Program-made: the position numbers and the translations under genes
In this document: piece by piece, positions 35,740 through 45,744 of the stretch
Layout of the letters: each line of letters opens with the position of its first letter
Numbering within the stretch: position 1 is the stretch's first letter
The notes under the pieces: model-generated
What the model saw: the letters and a program-made list of their open reading frames with translations, nothing else
What the model was told of the DNA's origin: nothing
Database searches by the model: none
Origin: Planctomycetota bacterium
Lineage (GTDB): Bacteria; Planctomycetota; Planctomycetia; Pirellulales; PLA5
Length of the DNA stretch: 53,293 nt
NCBI GenBank assembly: GCA_029259895.1
Contig: JAJDEG010000122.1
Location: forward strand, 1 to 53,293
Direction of reading: 5' to 3'

Positions 35740-37833
35740 ATGATGTTCAATCCGTTTTCGCGCTCTGTTGAAGACAATGGCCACGGTCGACGCCGCTGCC
35801 GCAAGACTTATCGCAAAAGGCCGCGGACTTTGTCCAGCGAAACGCTGGAGCCGCGGCAAATGCTAACCGTTTCGCTGAATCCGATCGGGCGTTATGCGAC
35901 GGATATCTTCGACGCCGACGCGGCCGAGGCCGTGAATTACAACGTTGAGGCGGAACGAATTTTTATCGGCAACCGCGCGGCATTCACGCCCGGCGATCCG
36001 GATAGCAGTTATGTGCCGGACTGTGTGGGCGACCCGGGCGACCCCGGCGATCCAGACGCCGATCCACCCATTCCACCGACGCCACCGATTCCCCCGGAGC
36101 CGTGTTCTTTCGGTCGCATCGACGTCGTGGACGCATCCGATCCAACCAACTTGGGACCGGACAAAAAGCTGTTTTCGATCGACATCAGTAAGTACGGAGC
36201 GCCGACGAGCATCGCTTCGCACGGCGATTTGATCGCCGTCGCGATTCCCAACGGTACCGACGAGACGTTGCCGGGCGTCGTGGCCTTCTTCGATGCGACC
36301 GACAAGAAGCCAAAGAAACCGGTCAAGGTTGTCGAGGTTGGCGCTCTGCCCGACATGGTTACGTTCTCGCCCAACGGAAAGAAGGTGATCACGGCCAACG
36401 AAGGCCAGCCATGTGCCTTGGATGATCCGGCCGATTGCGCCGAAGCCGATCCCCAAGGCTCGATTTCGGTGATCGACCTCTCGCGCGGCGTCCGCCGGGC
36501 GAAAGAGCACCGGGCGACGTTCGACCGATACGATGGCCACGAAGATTGGTTGAACGCGCATGGCGTTCGAGTGCTATCGGACCGGCCGGCTTCGCAGAGC
36601 ATCGAACCGGAGTACGTGGCGGTCGACCCAACGTCGCACTTCGCTTGGGTCACGCTGCAAGAAAACAACGCGATCGCGATCGTCAGCCTCGACTTTGCCA
36701 AGGTGCTCTTCGTGCGTGGATTGGGCACGAAGGATCATTCGCTTGCAGAGAACGGGTTGGATCCCAGCGACCGAGATGGCCTGACATGCGATATGGAAGA
36801 TCCGCCGAACTGCAAAGAAGTAGCCGAGATCAACATTGGCAATTGGCCGCTAGAGGGCCTGTACCAACCTGACGGCATCACCGCGTTCACTACGGACGAT
36901 GGGCTGTTTCTCGCCACGGCCAATGAGGGCGACAACTTCGAGGGCGAGAACGCTCGCGTTGGCGGATTGGACCTTGACGATGCCGCTTTCCCCAACGAGG
37001 CGGACCTTAAGACGAACGCCCAATTGGGTCGCCTGAATGTCAGCAGCACGTTTGGCGACACGGACGGCGACGGCGATATCGACGTACTCCAGAGCTTCGG
37101 AGCACGGTCGTTTTCGATCTGGAGTCCGCTGGGCGGTTTGGTCTACGACAGCGGCGACGATTTTGAGCAGATCACCGCCGCGGCGTATCCAGACAACTTC
37201 AACGCCAGCAACACCAACAATTCGCTCGACATTCGAAGTGACGACAAAGGCCCCGAGCCGACGACCGTCGCAGTGGCCAAGGTTGACGGCCGCTCGTACG
37301 CAGTCATCACCATCGAGCGGACCGGCGGGTTGATGGTCTACGACGTCACGACGCCCTCGTCACCGTCGTTCGTGCAATACGTCAATACCCGCGATTTTTC
37401 GATCGATCCGGAAGAGGCGGGAGCGACGACCGATTTGCATCCGGAAAATGTGACGATCGTTTCGGCCAGTGACAGCCCGACGGGCAAGACTCTGGTGGTC
37501 GTCAGTTACCCGGTGAGCGGATCCGTGAGAGTGTTCGAATTTGACACTACGCCGGCGTCGGCCGCATCGGCCGTGTTCGCGCGTGTCGGGGCACCGTCGA
37601 GCACGACAGAAGCACCGCGCACGGCGGCGGATCGTCAAGCAACGCGTCGCGCCATTTCGCCGGTCTCTCAGACGCCTACGCGGCGACTAACGGCGACAGA
37701 CAGAGCGTTTGCAACGCAGCAAGACGCGGGAACGCAGCGCTCCGCGTTGTATGCGTCGCGAGGCGGCCGAGCTACCGTCGAGGCGGCCATCGGGTCGCTT
37801 GCGACGAGCCTGGCACGGACGCTAGGCAAATAG
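35740..37833 (+). CDS. secreted choice-of-anchor-I-family (beta-propeller) protein
   Basis: The start was chosen at MMFNPF, with GAGGAG 7 nt upstream. The N-terminus is an Arg-rich segment followed by LEPRQMLTV. Family-typical blocks are VGALPDMVTFSPNGKKVITANEG, WVTLQENNAIAIV, SFGARSFSIWS, RSDDKGPEPTTV and IERTGGLMVYDV. Confidence 0.8.
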   Translation: MMFNPFSRSVEDNGHGRRRCRKTYRKRPRTLSSETLEPRQMLTVSLNPIGRYATDIFDADAAEAVNYNVEAERIFIGNRAAFTPGDPDSSYVPDCVGDPGDPGDPDADPPIPPTPPIPPEPCSFGRIDVVDASDPTNLGPDKKLFSIDISKYGAPTSIASHGDLIAVAIPNGTDETLPGVVAFFDATDKKPKKPVKVVEVGALPDMVTFSPNGKKVITANEGQPCALDDPADCAEADPQGSISVIDLSRGVRRAKEHRATFDRYDGHEDWLNAHGVRVLSDRPASQSIEPEYVAVDPTSHFAWVTLQENNAIAIVSLDFAKVLFVRGLGTKDHSLAENGLDPSDRDGLTCDMEDPPNCKEVAEINIGNWPLEGLYQPDGITAFTTDDGLFLATANEGDNFEGENARVGGLDLDDAAFPNEADLKTNAQLGRLNVSSTFGDTDGDGDIDVLQSFGARSFSIWSPLGGLVYDSGDDFEQITAAAYPDNFNASNTNNSLDIRSDDKGPEPTTVAVAKVDGRSYAVITIERTGGLMVYDVTTPSSPSFVQYVNTRDFSIDPEEAGATTDLHPENVTIVSASDSPTGKTLVVVSYPVSGSVRVFEFDTTPASAASAVFARVGAPSSTTEAPRTAADRQATRRAISPVSQTPTRRLTATDRAFATQQDAGTQRSALYASRGGRATVEAAIGSLATSLARTLGK

Positions 37834-37926
37834 CAACCGCCGACTTCTCACTCCGGCAGCGGCCGGGGGATCCTGCACGTGGCGGACCGGAGGCGGGCGC
37901 TGCGACGGGATCCTTCGGCGGTTGCT
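37832..37926. repeat. 12-bp perfect inverted repeat (AGCAACCGCCGA ... TCGGCGGTTGCT) spanning a 71-nt GC-rich spacer, directly after a stop codon
   Basis: Read directly from the sequence. The arms are at 37832-37843 and 37915-37926. The spacer contains two GGGATCC copies. Function is unknown; it may be a terminator or an RNA structure. Confidence 0.5.
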
Positions 37927-38154
37927 GGCGTGGACGGAGTGGTTTGCCCGGTGCAGGCGATCGCCGCGGCGGGTTTACAAGAAAATCATGGCAGGATCTG
38001 GATGAATCCGCGCCCGCTTTCGACGCCAATCGCAATCTCAACGATTGGAGGACGTTGGTGTTTGCAGCGTCAAACGACCGCACGGCTCCGTTCGCGAGTG
38101 AAACTGAGTTGCGAACGCCCGGGTCGAGACGGGGAATGAACCGACGAGGCCGCG

Positions 38155-38733
38155 ATGGCGTCACTTCCTAACCCGCCCCCGCAAAGTTTCACGACAGAAC
38201 AGGAAGCGGTCCTTCAAGAATGGAAGCACCTATGCCAAACGCTCGAACACGCCCAGGGCGACCATCTCGTCGCCACCTGCCGCGACAAATATCAATACGC
38301 CAAGACGTATCTCGTTTATGGCCGCGAGGTCGATCAGGTGAATGTCGAAGTCCGCCAAGCAGCCAGGCAGGGGAGCTACGGATTCTTCGCGGGCCGGGGA
38401 ATCGCCGCTCGCCATCTGACGCCGCGGCTCGCCGACGAAATGCTCAAGGCGTGGCGAATCACCGTGGCTTCGAAGCGAGCGCGCGTGGCGGAGATGTTCT
38501 TGCGACGTTTCGGCGAGGACATCGAGGAGTTCATCGGCACGCCGCATCATGCCTCGCGGCTTGTCATGGCGGTCGGACTTGACCGTCGAGATGCGATCCT
38601 GGCCTTGGCCGATTGGACGCAAGAGAAACTCGTCGGCGCGGAAGTTTCGCAACTCCGAGCGGATGTCGCGACGCTGCGGCAGGAAATCGAAAAGCTCGGT
38701 CAACAATTGATGAGATGGTGGAATCGAGAATAG
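38155..38733 (+). CDS. hypothetical protein, paralog of 34701..35189, with a C-terminal coiled-coil-like tail
   Basis: 192 aa. The shared blocks are listed under 34701..35189. The tail is EVSQLRADVATLRQEIEKLGQQLMRWW. Confidence 0.65.
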   Translation: MASLPNPPPQSFTTEQEAVLQEWKHLCQTLEHAQGDHLVATCRDKYQYAKTYLVYGREVDQVNVEVRQAARQGSYGFFAGRGIAARHLTPRLADEMLKAWRITVASKRARVAEMFLRRFGEDIEEFIGTPHHASRLVMAVGLDRRDAILALADWTQEKLVGAEVSQLRADVATLRQEIEKLGQQLMRWWNRE

Positions 38734-38812
38734 CGCAATCCGTTGCGCCTGGCGTAACGCGAACGGCACGTCACCTCAACGACCCGAATCTTCTCACTTC
38801 GCACGGGTACAC

Positions 38813-39757
38813 ATGCGAGACAGAGACCGACAACGCGGAGCGATCATTGGTCTGGCCGTCGGCGATGCCTTGGGCGCCGCCGTCGAGTTTTCGCAGCCCG
38901 GCAAGTTCGAGCCAGTGACCGATTACCGCGACGGTGGACCGCATCGCCTCAACGCGGGCGAATGGACTGACGATACGAGCATGGCCCTGGCACTCGCGGA
39001 CAGCATTGGCCAAGTCGGTTGGGATATCAACGACCAGGCGGAGCGATACGTCACATGGTGGGCCACCGGAAAGTACTCGGTCAACGGCCGCGTGTTCGAT
39101 ATCGGCGGCACGACCGTTCGCGCACTGCATCGATTCTGGCGAGCGCACGACGCCCGAACGTCCGGCAATCCGTCGAGCAGTGCGAGCGGAAACGGCTCGA
39201 TCATGCGGCTGGCTCCGGTGCCAGTGGCGTACGTGAATCTGTTTCCCGATCGCCTGGTCGAGTTGACGGAAAAGCTCGCCGAATCGAGTCTGCCGACGCA
39301 CGCCAGCGGGCAATGCCTGTCGGCATGCGTCTATTTGGGCGCGGTGTTGTGCGGCCTCCTCCACGGACGGCCACGAGAGGAAGTGCTTTCACCCGACTGG
39401 CCGCCACTCGAACAGATCACGCAAAACTACATGCTGCACGCTGAGGTCGACGAGGTCCGGCAGGGCAGTTTTCGCCATAAACAGCCGCCGAAGATTTGCG
39501 GCAGCGGTTACGTCGTGCAGTCGCTCGAAGCAGCGCTTTGGGCGTTCCACGACGCCCGCGATTTTCGCGAAGCCGTGCTACGGGCCGTCAACCTCGGTCA
39601 CGACGCCGACACAACCGCCGCCGTTTGCGGACAACTCGCTGGAGCGTACTGGGGCGAGTCCGGAATCCCACGGGAATGGCGAGCCGGACTCGCCCGGCGA
39701 GACTTGATAGAGCCGATTCTGGATCGCCTGTGCGAGGCTTCGCCGAAAAAAAAATGA
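38813..39757 (+). CDS. ADP-ribosylglycohydrolase family protein (DraG/ARH-like)
   Basis: Motifs IIGLAVGDALGAAVEF, EWTDDTSMALALADS and GHDADTTAAVCGQLAGAYWG. Confidence 0.85.
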   Translation: MRDRDRQRGAIIGLAVGDALGAAVEFSQPGKFEPVTDYRDGGPHRLNAGEWTDDTSMALALADSIGQVGWDINDQAERYVTWWATGKYSVNGRVFDIGGTTVRALHRFWRAHDARTSGNPSSSASGNGSIMRLAPVPVAYVNLFPDRLVELTEKLAESSLPTHASGQCLSACVYLGAVLCGLLHGRPREEVLSPDWPPLEQITQNYMLHAEVDEVRQGSFRHKQPPKICGSGYVVQSLEAALWAFHDARDFREAVLRAVNLGHDADTTAAVCGQLAGAYWGESGIPREWRAGLARRDLIEPILDRLCEASPKKK

Positions 39758-39912
39758 CGAACTCGCGTCGTTCCCGACCATCGAACGGCAATTAACCAAA
39801 TAGCAGAGTCACCGCCGCGCGTCACTTGAAATCAGCCGGCTGCGAAGGAAGGGGCAACGTGTCTCGATTCGGCCATGCGCCCTAGCGCTGGGGCCAATGG
39901 AGGAGCTCAATT

Positions 39913-42132
39913 ATGTCATATGTGCCCGACCCTTCTCGTAGTATGAAGCCGGATCCGAATCGTGCTTCAAAACCCGTTCCAATGGCGGAGCGTCGCACAA
40001 CGGCTCGGCCAACGCCACAAAAGCTTCCAACGGCCCGCCCGATTCGCGCAGTGCCGCGCACGGATCGTTCGATTTCCGCAATGCCGGTTATCCAGACGCA
40101 GGACGACGCGCGGACGAGCGCCGCGAAGTGGAAAGCCGACCGAAGCCGGCGACGCCGAAGGGCGAATCGGCTAGTGCCGACGACGATCGCCGTTGGCACG
40201 GTGGCCGCGATCATTTTCGTGGTTGCCTTGCTATTACCCGGTCCAAGTTCGGTGAGTCGCCGCGACAAAGAATCGAAACGGGACAGTAAGGGCGACGCTT
40301 CCACGGATGACGAGCACAACAACAAACTGCCCGGCACGAACAAAGGATCCACGCCGAAACGACCTACACCTGACGCAACTTCGTCGACGCCAGGCACCAA
40401 AGCGCCGCCCACGCGAGTGCCGCCCCTCTCGCCATCGCCCCAACCTGAAGCGAGCGAGGACGGAATCCTTTTGCCGGACCCTCTCGACCCAGAGATGGAT
40501 TTTGTCGATCTGGTGGCGAAGGTGAAGATGTCCGTCGTGAAGATCGACGTGGAAACTGGCGCGGGAAAAGGGGTCGGCAGTGGGTTCGTGGTCGATAAGC
40601 TCGGCACGATCGTGACGAACTACCACGTGATCAAAGGGGCCCGGCAGGTGGAGGTCGGCTTTGCCGACGGCACACGCGCTCGCGTCGAGGGCTTCTTGGC
40701 AATCGACGTAGGGCACGACCTGGCCCTGTTGCGCATCGATTGGTTTGAACATCGACTACACCCGCTCCCCATTGCGCGTCGGCGACCGAGCGAGGGCGAA
40801 ACGGTGGTGGCGATCGGTTCGCCGCTGTCGCTGGGCTTTACGCCCTCCCGCGGCATCGTCAGCGGCGTTCGCACGGGCACGGAACTGCGCGGCATGCTTC
40901 GCGAAGTCGCCGGCGGCGACATCTATCAAGCGATGGGGTTGGTGGACGACGCGGTTTGGATACAGACGGACGCGGCGATTTCGCAGGGAAACAGCGGCGG
41001 TCCGCTCGTGAACCTGCGCGGCCATGTGGTCGGCGTCAACACGTTCTACATTCCCGGCGGGCAAAACCTGAACTTCGCCAGTAGCTTCTTCGCGATTAGC
41101 GACATCGTCGAGAAGCGGAAGGCATCGGTGCAATCGTTGGCAAGCCTGCCGGTACCAACACCGAAAACTCCCGACGAAGGCCCTGATGACGACGATTCCG
41201 TACTGCCGACTGGCGACCGCGTCCTCGCAAATCGTCACGCCGGCGGAGTCATCGACATGTCGCTCTCGCTCAGGGGGCGAATGCTGGCTACCGTTGGCAA
41301 AGACAAGACGCTGCGGCTTTTCGATCTCAAAGGCGACAAGGAGATCCAGCGTTACGAAGTCGATGTCGGCACATTCACTGGTGTGATGTTTACCGGGACG
41401 GCGCAAGTCCTTGCGTGCGGAACGGCCGGCACCGGTGAGCCGGCGGGGATTCATTTCTTTGACCTCGCCCGGCAAGCCCGCATTCTGCGGCTTCCGACCC
41501 GCGCGGATGGTCCGCGATGGCTTACGATTTCGCCGAACGGATTGATGGTGACGACGCACGACCGCGGTTGCGCCGAAGTGCGCGTCCTGGATCCGTACAA
41601 CTACTTGGATCGTCACACGCTTACGGTCAACGACAGGACAACGCCGTGCCACAGCGCGTCGTTCTCGCCAAACGGCGATCAACTGGCACTCTCTAGCGGC
41701 AACGGCTCGATCACGATGTACGACTTCACGGACAAGCCGCGGATCAGCGGAGTCAAGCGTGGGCACCGCGGCGCGGTTCACCAAGTGGCCTTTTCACCGA
41801 ACGGCAGATTCTTAGCGTCGGCAGGGGCCGATTCGATTTTGCGCGTCTGGACAGACTGGGAAAAAGGAAATCAGTGGAAGGCGGCGGCCGAACTGCGGGG
41901 ACATAAAGGCGCAATCGCCCAATTCGCCTGGTCGCCGTCCGGCAAGTACCTGGCAAGCGGCGGCGCAGACGCCATTGTGCGCGTCTGGGATCCGACGAAA
42001 GCCAAAACGATCAGGGAATGGAAGGGACACGAGAAACCCGTCACTTGCGTTGGGTTTTCTCGCGACAACTCTCACGTGTTTGCCGGAGGACAGGACGGAT
42101 CAATCAGAATTTGGGCGATGCCTGAAGACTGA
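39913..42132 (+). CDS. membrane-anchored trypsin-like (S1/HtrA-type) serine protease fused to WD40 repeats
   Basis: A GGAGGAG RBS is present. The TM helix is TIAVGTVAAIIFVVALLLPG. The catalytic triad context is IVTNYHVIKG, GHDLALLRI and ISQGNSGGPLVN. WD40 units include GHRGAVHQVAFSPNGRFLASAGADSILRVW, GHKGAIAQFAWSPSGKYLASGGADAIVRVWD and GHEKPVTCVGFSRDNSHVFAGGQDGSIRIW. Confidence 0.85.
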   Translation: MSYVPDPSRSMKPDPNRASKPVPMAERRTTARPTPQKLPTARPIRAVPRTDRSISAMPVIQTQDDARTSAAKWKADRSRRRRRANRLVPTTIAVGTVAAIIFVVALLLPGPSSVSRRDKESKRDSKGDASTDDEHNNKLPGTNKGSTPKRPTPDATSSTPGTKAPPTRVPPLSPSPQPEASEDGILLPDPLDPEMDFVDLVAKVKMSVVKIDVETGAGKGVGSGFVVDKLGTIVTNYHVIKGARQVEVGFADGTRARVEGFLAIDVGHDLALLRIDWFEHRLHPLPIARRRPSEGETVVAIGSPLSLGFTPSRGIVSGVRTGTELRGMLREVAGGDIYQAMGLVDDAVWIQTDAAISQGNSGGPLVNLRGHVVGVNTFYIPGGQNLNFASSFFAISDIVEKRKASVQSLASLPVPTPKTPDEGPDDDDSVLPTGDRVLANRHAGGVIDMSLSLRGRMLATVGKDKTLRLFDLKGDKEIQRYEVDVGTFTGVMFTGTAQVLACGTAGTGEPAGIHFFDLARQARILRLPTRADGPRWLTISPNGLMVTTHDRGCAEVRVLDPYNYLDRHTLTVNDRTTPCHSASFSPNGDQLALSSGNGSITMYDFTDKPRISGVKRGHRGAVHQVAFSPNGRFLASAGADSILRVWTDWEKGNQWKAAAELRGHKGAIAQFAWSPSGKYLASGGADAIVRVWDPTKAKTIREWKGHEKPVTCVGFSRDNSHVFAGGQDGSIRIWAMPED

Positions 42133-42160
42133 CGTCCGTGCTCCGTGGATCGGCGGGCTA

Positions 42161-42784
42161 ATGTTCCATGGTTCGCGCCGGCGGCTGCTCATTCGAATAC
42201 CGGACAAGAAACGGCTAATGTCCCGCACATCCAAAACTTCATGCCATCGCGCACCTATCGTGACCATGCATGCACGTCGACGTGAACTGTCGCGTTTGCA
42301 GCGTCGACGAGTGGCGCTGTTTATCGTGAAGACGATTGCTCTACACGCAGCCGCAGTCGCCGCGTTCGTATCGGGCGAAGCATTCGTCGGCCATGACTGG
42401 AGACCACTTGTAGTGTCTGCGTTAAAGTCGGCGTTAGGCGGGAGTCTTTTGGGCTCGGTTGTTGTCGGCGGTTTGACACTTGTCGTTGTCGAATATGAAG
42501 TCAAGCGAATGGCTAACGACCAGACTTTCTGCAGGCCAGCTCCCTTCGAGCGCCATTTTTGGTTCACTACCAAGTCCGTTGGCGAGGCGTTCCAACTGGC
42601 GGCAGCCGGCGGCGCCTTTCTGAGGGCCACTTCGCACGCCACGACGGCCACCGCCAAGAACGTTGCCGTTGTAGTCTTCGCGGTATTGGCAGTGGCCGTG
42701 TTCTGGTCCGTCGCGAGAATCGCGGCGCGTTTGAAAGCCAGTGCATTGCGCTGGCGTGACGGGATCGCGACAAGACCGGCCTAA
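42161..42784 (+). CDS. hypothetical multi-pass membrane protein (start uncertain: ATG at 42161, 42218 or 42266)
   Basis: Hydrophobic helices are VALFIVKTIALHAAAVAAFV, LGGSLLGSVVVGGLTLVVV and VAVVVFAVLAVAVFWSV. No clear RBS was found at any candidate start. Confidence 0.55.
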   Translation: MFHGSRRRLLIRIPDKKRLMSRTSKTSCHRAPIVTMHARRRELSRLQRRRVALFIVKTIALHAAAVAAFVSGEAFVGHDWRPLVVSALKSALGGSLLGSVVVGGLTLVVVEYEVKRMANDQTFCRPAPFERHFWFTTKSVGEAFQLAAAGGAFLRATSHATTATAKNVAVVVFAVLAVAVFWSVARIAARLKASALRWRDGIATRPA

Positions 42785-42915
42785 TTCTTTTCAGCATATT
42801 CCAAGAACGCCTGCGCCAAGTACACAAGGACACTCTCGCGCGCTGGTTAGCGACCTGCGAGCAACCGGTCGCCGCGTGTGTCCAGCACTACTTCAGCCGA
42901 AGGGGAGCCATTGCG

Positions 42916-45099
42916 ATGTTGCGCGAAATCGATTGCGAATGTGGCCGCCGGCGGGTCGTGGACAACTTACATTCACCGGATGTTTACTGCACGTGCGGCC
43001 GGCAGATTCTGCCGACCGCGAGCCTGCGTCACGACGGCGATGCTGAACTGAACGATGGGGGTGTCGATGCCGCGGTGATCAACGAGGCGACGTTTTCACC
43101 GCTGGCGCCACCGAACAATCAGTCGAGTTGGTTCGCCAAAGCGATCGTCGCCGGCGTGATCGTCGTCGGCGTCGTTTCATGCATTGCGCACGTCGGCAAG
43201 GAACACGACGGTTGGTTCTCAAATCAGCCTAAGCGGTTGCCTCCGCGTGAAGTCGAGTCCGCCGCCCAGCGGAATCGCGCAGCTGGCGAAGTGTTTGGCG
43301 ACAACGGCCGTGTCGCCGCCCCAGCGAACGATGAGGAGTTGGTGGCATTTTTCGAGGACTTCGGCAATGCATTGCGGGAACGAGACGAGCGCGCACTTGC
43401 CGCGTTGGTCGATACCAACCGCATGTATCAAGAAATGGAGCGCAGCGGGCACGTAGCGCGTTTGGACTATTCCGCACGAGGGAAGCTAATCGAGCATTTT
43501 GGACAAGCAATTCCTAAGCATCTCGCGAAGAGTGCCGCAGGATACGAGTTTGACCGCTTCACCATCAAGAAGATTCAGCCTTCATCCGCAGACGCGAGCG
43601 AGACCATCGTCTTTGTTCGTGAGTGGTCCGACATGCACAATCGCTCGGACAAGTGCCGGTATTGGCTCGTATGCCGCGACGAACGATGGCGGCTCTTCGA
43701 CATACAGAGCTTGGGGGTACCGCTGCGACTCACGGACGGCATGTCCTTGGGAATTCAGGCGGCGCAGCAAGGTGACTTTCGCGCAGGTGACATGAAGCAG
43801 CAATGGGAGCGCATCGGACGGCTAGACCATGCCGTTGCCATCGGCGACACAGAGCTTGTCCGCAGCCTTCTGGCCGAAGGCGAGCCGAAGAATGTCGCAC
43901 CGCAGTTTCGCGGGCTTTTTTGGTACTTCAGCGCATGCTACGCGGTGGGCGACGAGCGCTACCAAGATGCTCTGGACGACTGTAACCGAGCGAAGCGACA
44001 ATACGAGGACTTGCCGATCCTTGCGCTGATTCGCGCGGCAGCGTGGAACGGCCTGACTGAGTACAGCCGGGCTCGAGACGAGGCACAACGATTTCTCGAC
44101 CTGCTTGGCGGCGACGCCGATGGGTACGCGCAACTCGGCCTGGCGTTGACCGGATTACAGGATACCGAAGGCGCCAAGAATGCATTTTTCAAGGGCCTAG
44201 CAGACAATCCGGACTCCGTGGAGAATCTCTATCATTTGAGCACAGTGCTGCACGGTGAGGAACTTAGCCAATTGGGCATCTTTTATGCGGGGATGCGCGA
44301 ACCGCTGTCAAACCTAGTGATTCTCTGCGAGTCCCTTTACGAGGCTGAGCATCTTGACGCATTCCATTCGCTCGTGGATAAAGCCGCGGACCTCTCCCCC
44401 GAGGATCCGCGCGTCGTCTATTACCAGCACGTCGCGGACGAACGCTGGGACGACGCCGTGATCGCTGCGCCCACTGCGTTTGGAGAGTTGCCAGAATCGG
44501 CCGATCCAACTCTCTTCTTGGTTAGTCTCGTCGACGCCTTCTTTCGTTCAGGACGTTCTTTGCACGGCCTTGAAACGGTCCCGCCGATGGAAGCCACATT
44601 CGTCCGACTGGCGACGCACGCACTCGGCAGGGAGGATACAGCAACGCTGACGTTGCTCATCGACGCCTTCGAAGACGAACGGCCGGGAAATATTCTGGCC
44701 CCTCAGTGGCGAGTCACCGTTCAATACCTAAACAAGAACTACGACGGCGTTGTGGCGACCGCGGATTCACAGTACGAGTCGCTCATTCAGCAAGGCGCCG
44801 ACGCTCACTTTCTGGCGGATCGTCTCGTTCGCAGTCTACTTCACACAAATCGACTGGAACGCGCGACTGAAGTTGCGAACGAATACTGGATGCAAACCAA
44901 CGATCCGTTGCTACGCGCGGTTGTCAGTGCGGCGTCGGGGGATGTCGACCTGACCGAACAGTGGTTTCGGTATTGCGTCGACTACGGCTATTCACCGGCG
45001 GCGTTCCATGAGGACGAGTTTCTCGCGTCGGCACTAAAAAGCGAGGCGTTTGCTGGTGTGCGCGAGAAGTTTCCACGCGTTGAAACCAGCTTGCCGTGA
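42916..45099 (+). CDS. hypothetical protein: N-terminal CxC...CxC zinc-ribbon-like motif, one TM helix, TPR-like helical repeats
   Basis: The protein is 727 aa and has an N-terminal segment MLREIDCECGRRRVVDNLHSPDVYCTCG. The TM helix is AIVAGVIVVGVVSCIAHV. The rest of the protein is long and alpha-helical in character. Confidence 0.7.
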   Translation: MLREIDCECGRRRVVDNLHSPDVYCTCGRQILPTASLRHDGDAELNDGGVDAAVINEATFSPLAPPNNQSSWFAKAIVAGVIVVGVVSCIAHVGKEHDGWFSNQPKRLPPREVESAAQRNRAAGEVFGDNGRVAAPANDEELVAFFEDFGNALRERDERALAALVDTNRMYQEMERSGHVARLDYSARGKLIEHFGQAIPKHLAKSAAGYEFDRFTIKKIQPSSADASETIVFVREWSDMHNRSDKCRYWLVCRDERWRLFDIQSLGVPLRLTDGMSLGIQAAQQGDFRAGDMKQQWERIGRLDHAVAIGDTELVRSLLAEGEPKNVAPQFRGLFWYFSACYAVGDERYQDALDDCNRAKRQYEDLPILALIRAAAWNGLTEYSRARDEAQRFLDLLGGDADGYAQLGLALTGLQDTEGAKNAFFKGLADNPDSVENLYHLSTVLHGEELSQLGIFYAGMREPLSNLVILCESLYEAEHLDAFHSLVDKAADLSPEDPRVVYYQHVADERWDDAVIAAPTAFGELPESADPTLFLVSLVDAFFRSGRSLHGLETVPPMEATFVRLATHALGREDTATLTLLIDAFEDERPGNILAPQWRVTVQYLNKNYDGVVATADSQYESLIQQGADAHFLADRLVRSLLHTNRLERATEVANEYWMQTNDPLLRAVVSAASGDVDLTEQWFRYCVDYGYSPAAFHEDEFLASALKSEAFAGVREKFPRVETSLP

Positions 45100-45614
45100 C
45101 GACCTAGGTGCTTGTCGTGAGGATCTCACGTCCGTGGTACAGTTGACGACGACATCGTGCGAGTCGCACTTGGCAACAAGGCAGCGCGTACCGTGGAATA
45201 GGCGTATCGTCGACGAACGGTGAATCAGAGTTTTCACGCAAAAATTTTCCGACGGCAAACGTAACCTCATACGCGCGCTCGATGGGGGGCCCACCCCCGC
45301 CCCTTCGCCATCCTGCACCGTATAGACACGCGGCCACTCATCGTGAAGCGCGCGGCGCACATCATCGACGTCGCAAACAGCGATCAAGCAGCCGCGAAAC
45401 AACGCGCAAAGAGCGCGTCAACAGCAACGACGGACCTCGCTGTCTTCACGCAACCGGCGGCCATCGAATGGGGCGAGCCACGATCTGTGCAGTGTATCGA
45501 TACGATCGCGCATGAGCGCTGCAAGACGGCACAAACGACGACGCAACAGGACGCAAGCGATGAACAAAGAACACGTCGTCGCGCACGATCTTTCACAAAA
45601 TGTTTCACGCGCGC

Positions 45615-45642
45615 TTGACACGAATCCGACACCGTATAGACT
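45615..45642 (+). promoter_or_regulatory. candidate sigma70-like promoter (TTGACA-N16-TAGACT) upstream of the ArdC-like gene
   Basis: The sequence is cgcTTGACAcgaatccgacaccgtaTAGACTacg, about 100 nt upstream of the ATG at 45745. Confidence 0.3.
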
Positions 45643-45744
45643 ACGCAAAGACGTTTGCGGATCGTCCGCAAACAAAAGCGGCCACGCCCGATGCGCAAAC
45701 ATCGAACGTGGCCTAACGACACAACCTGTATTAGAGGTTGCATC

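Noticed and set aside
45100-45744. Short ORFs in the low-GC junction (45034..45402-, 45104..45337-, 45343..45618+) and a 12-bp direct repeat, caccgtatagac, at about 45316 and 45631.
   Set aside because: None has an RBS or a recognisable family. The repeat is short enough to be chance. The region is reported only as a junction and promoter region.
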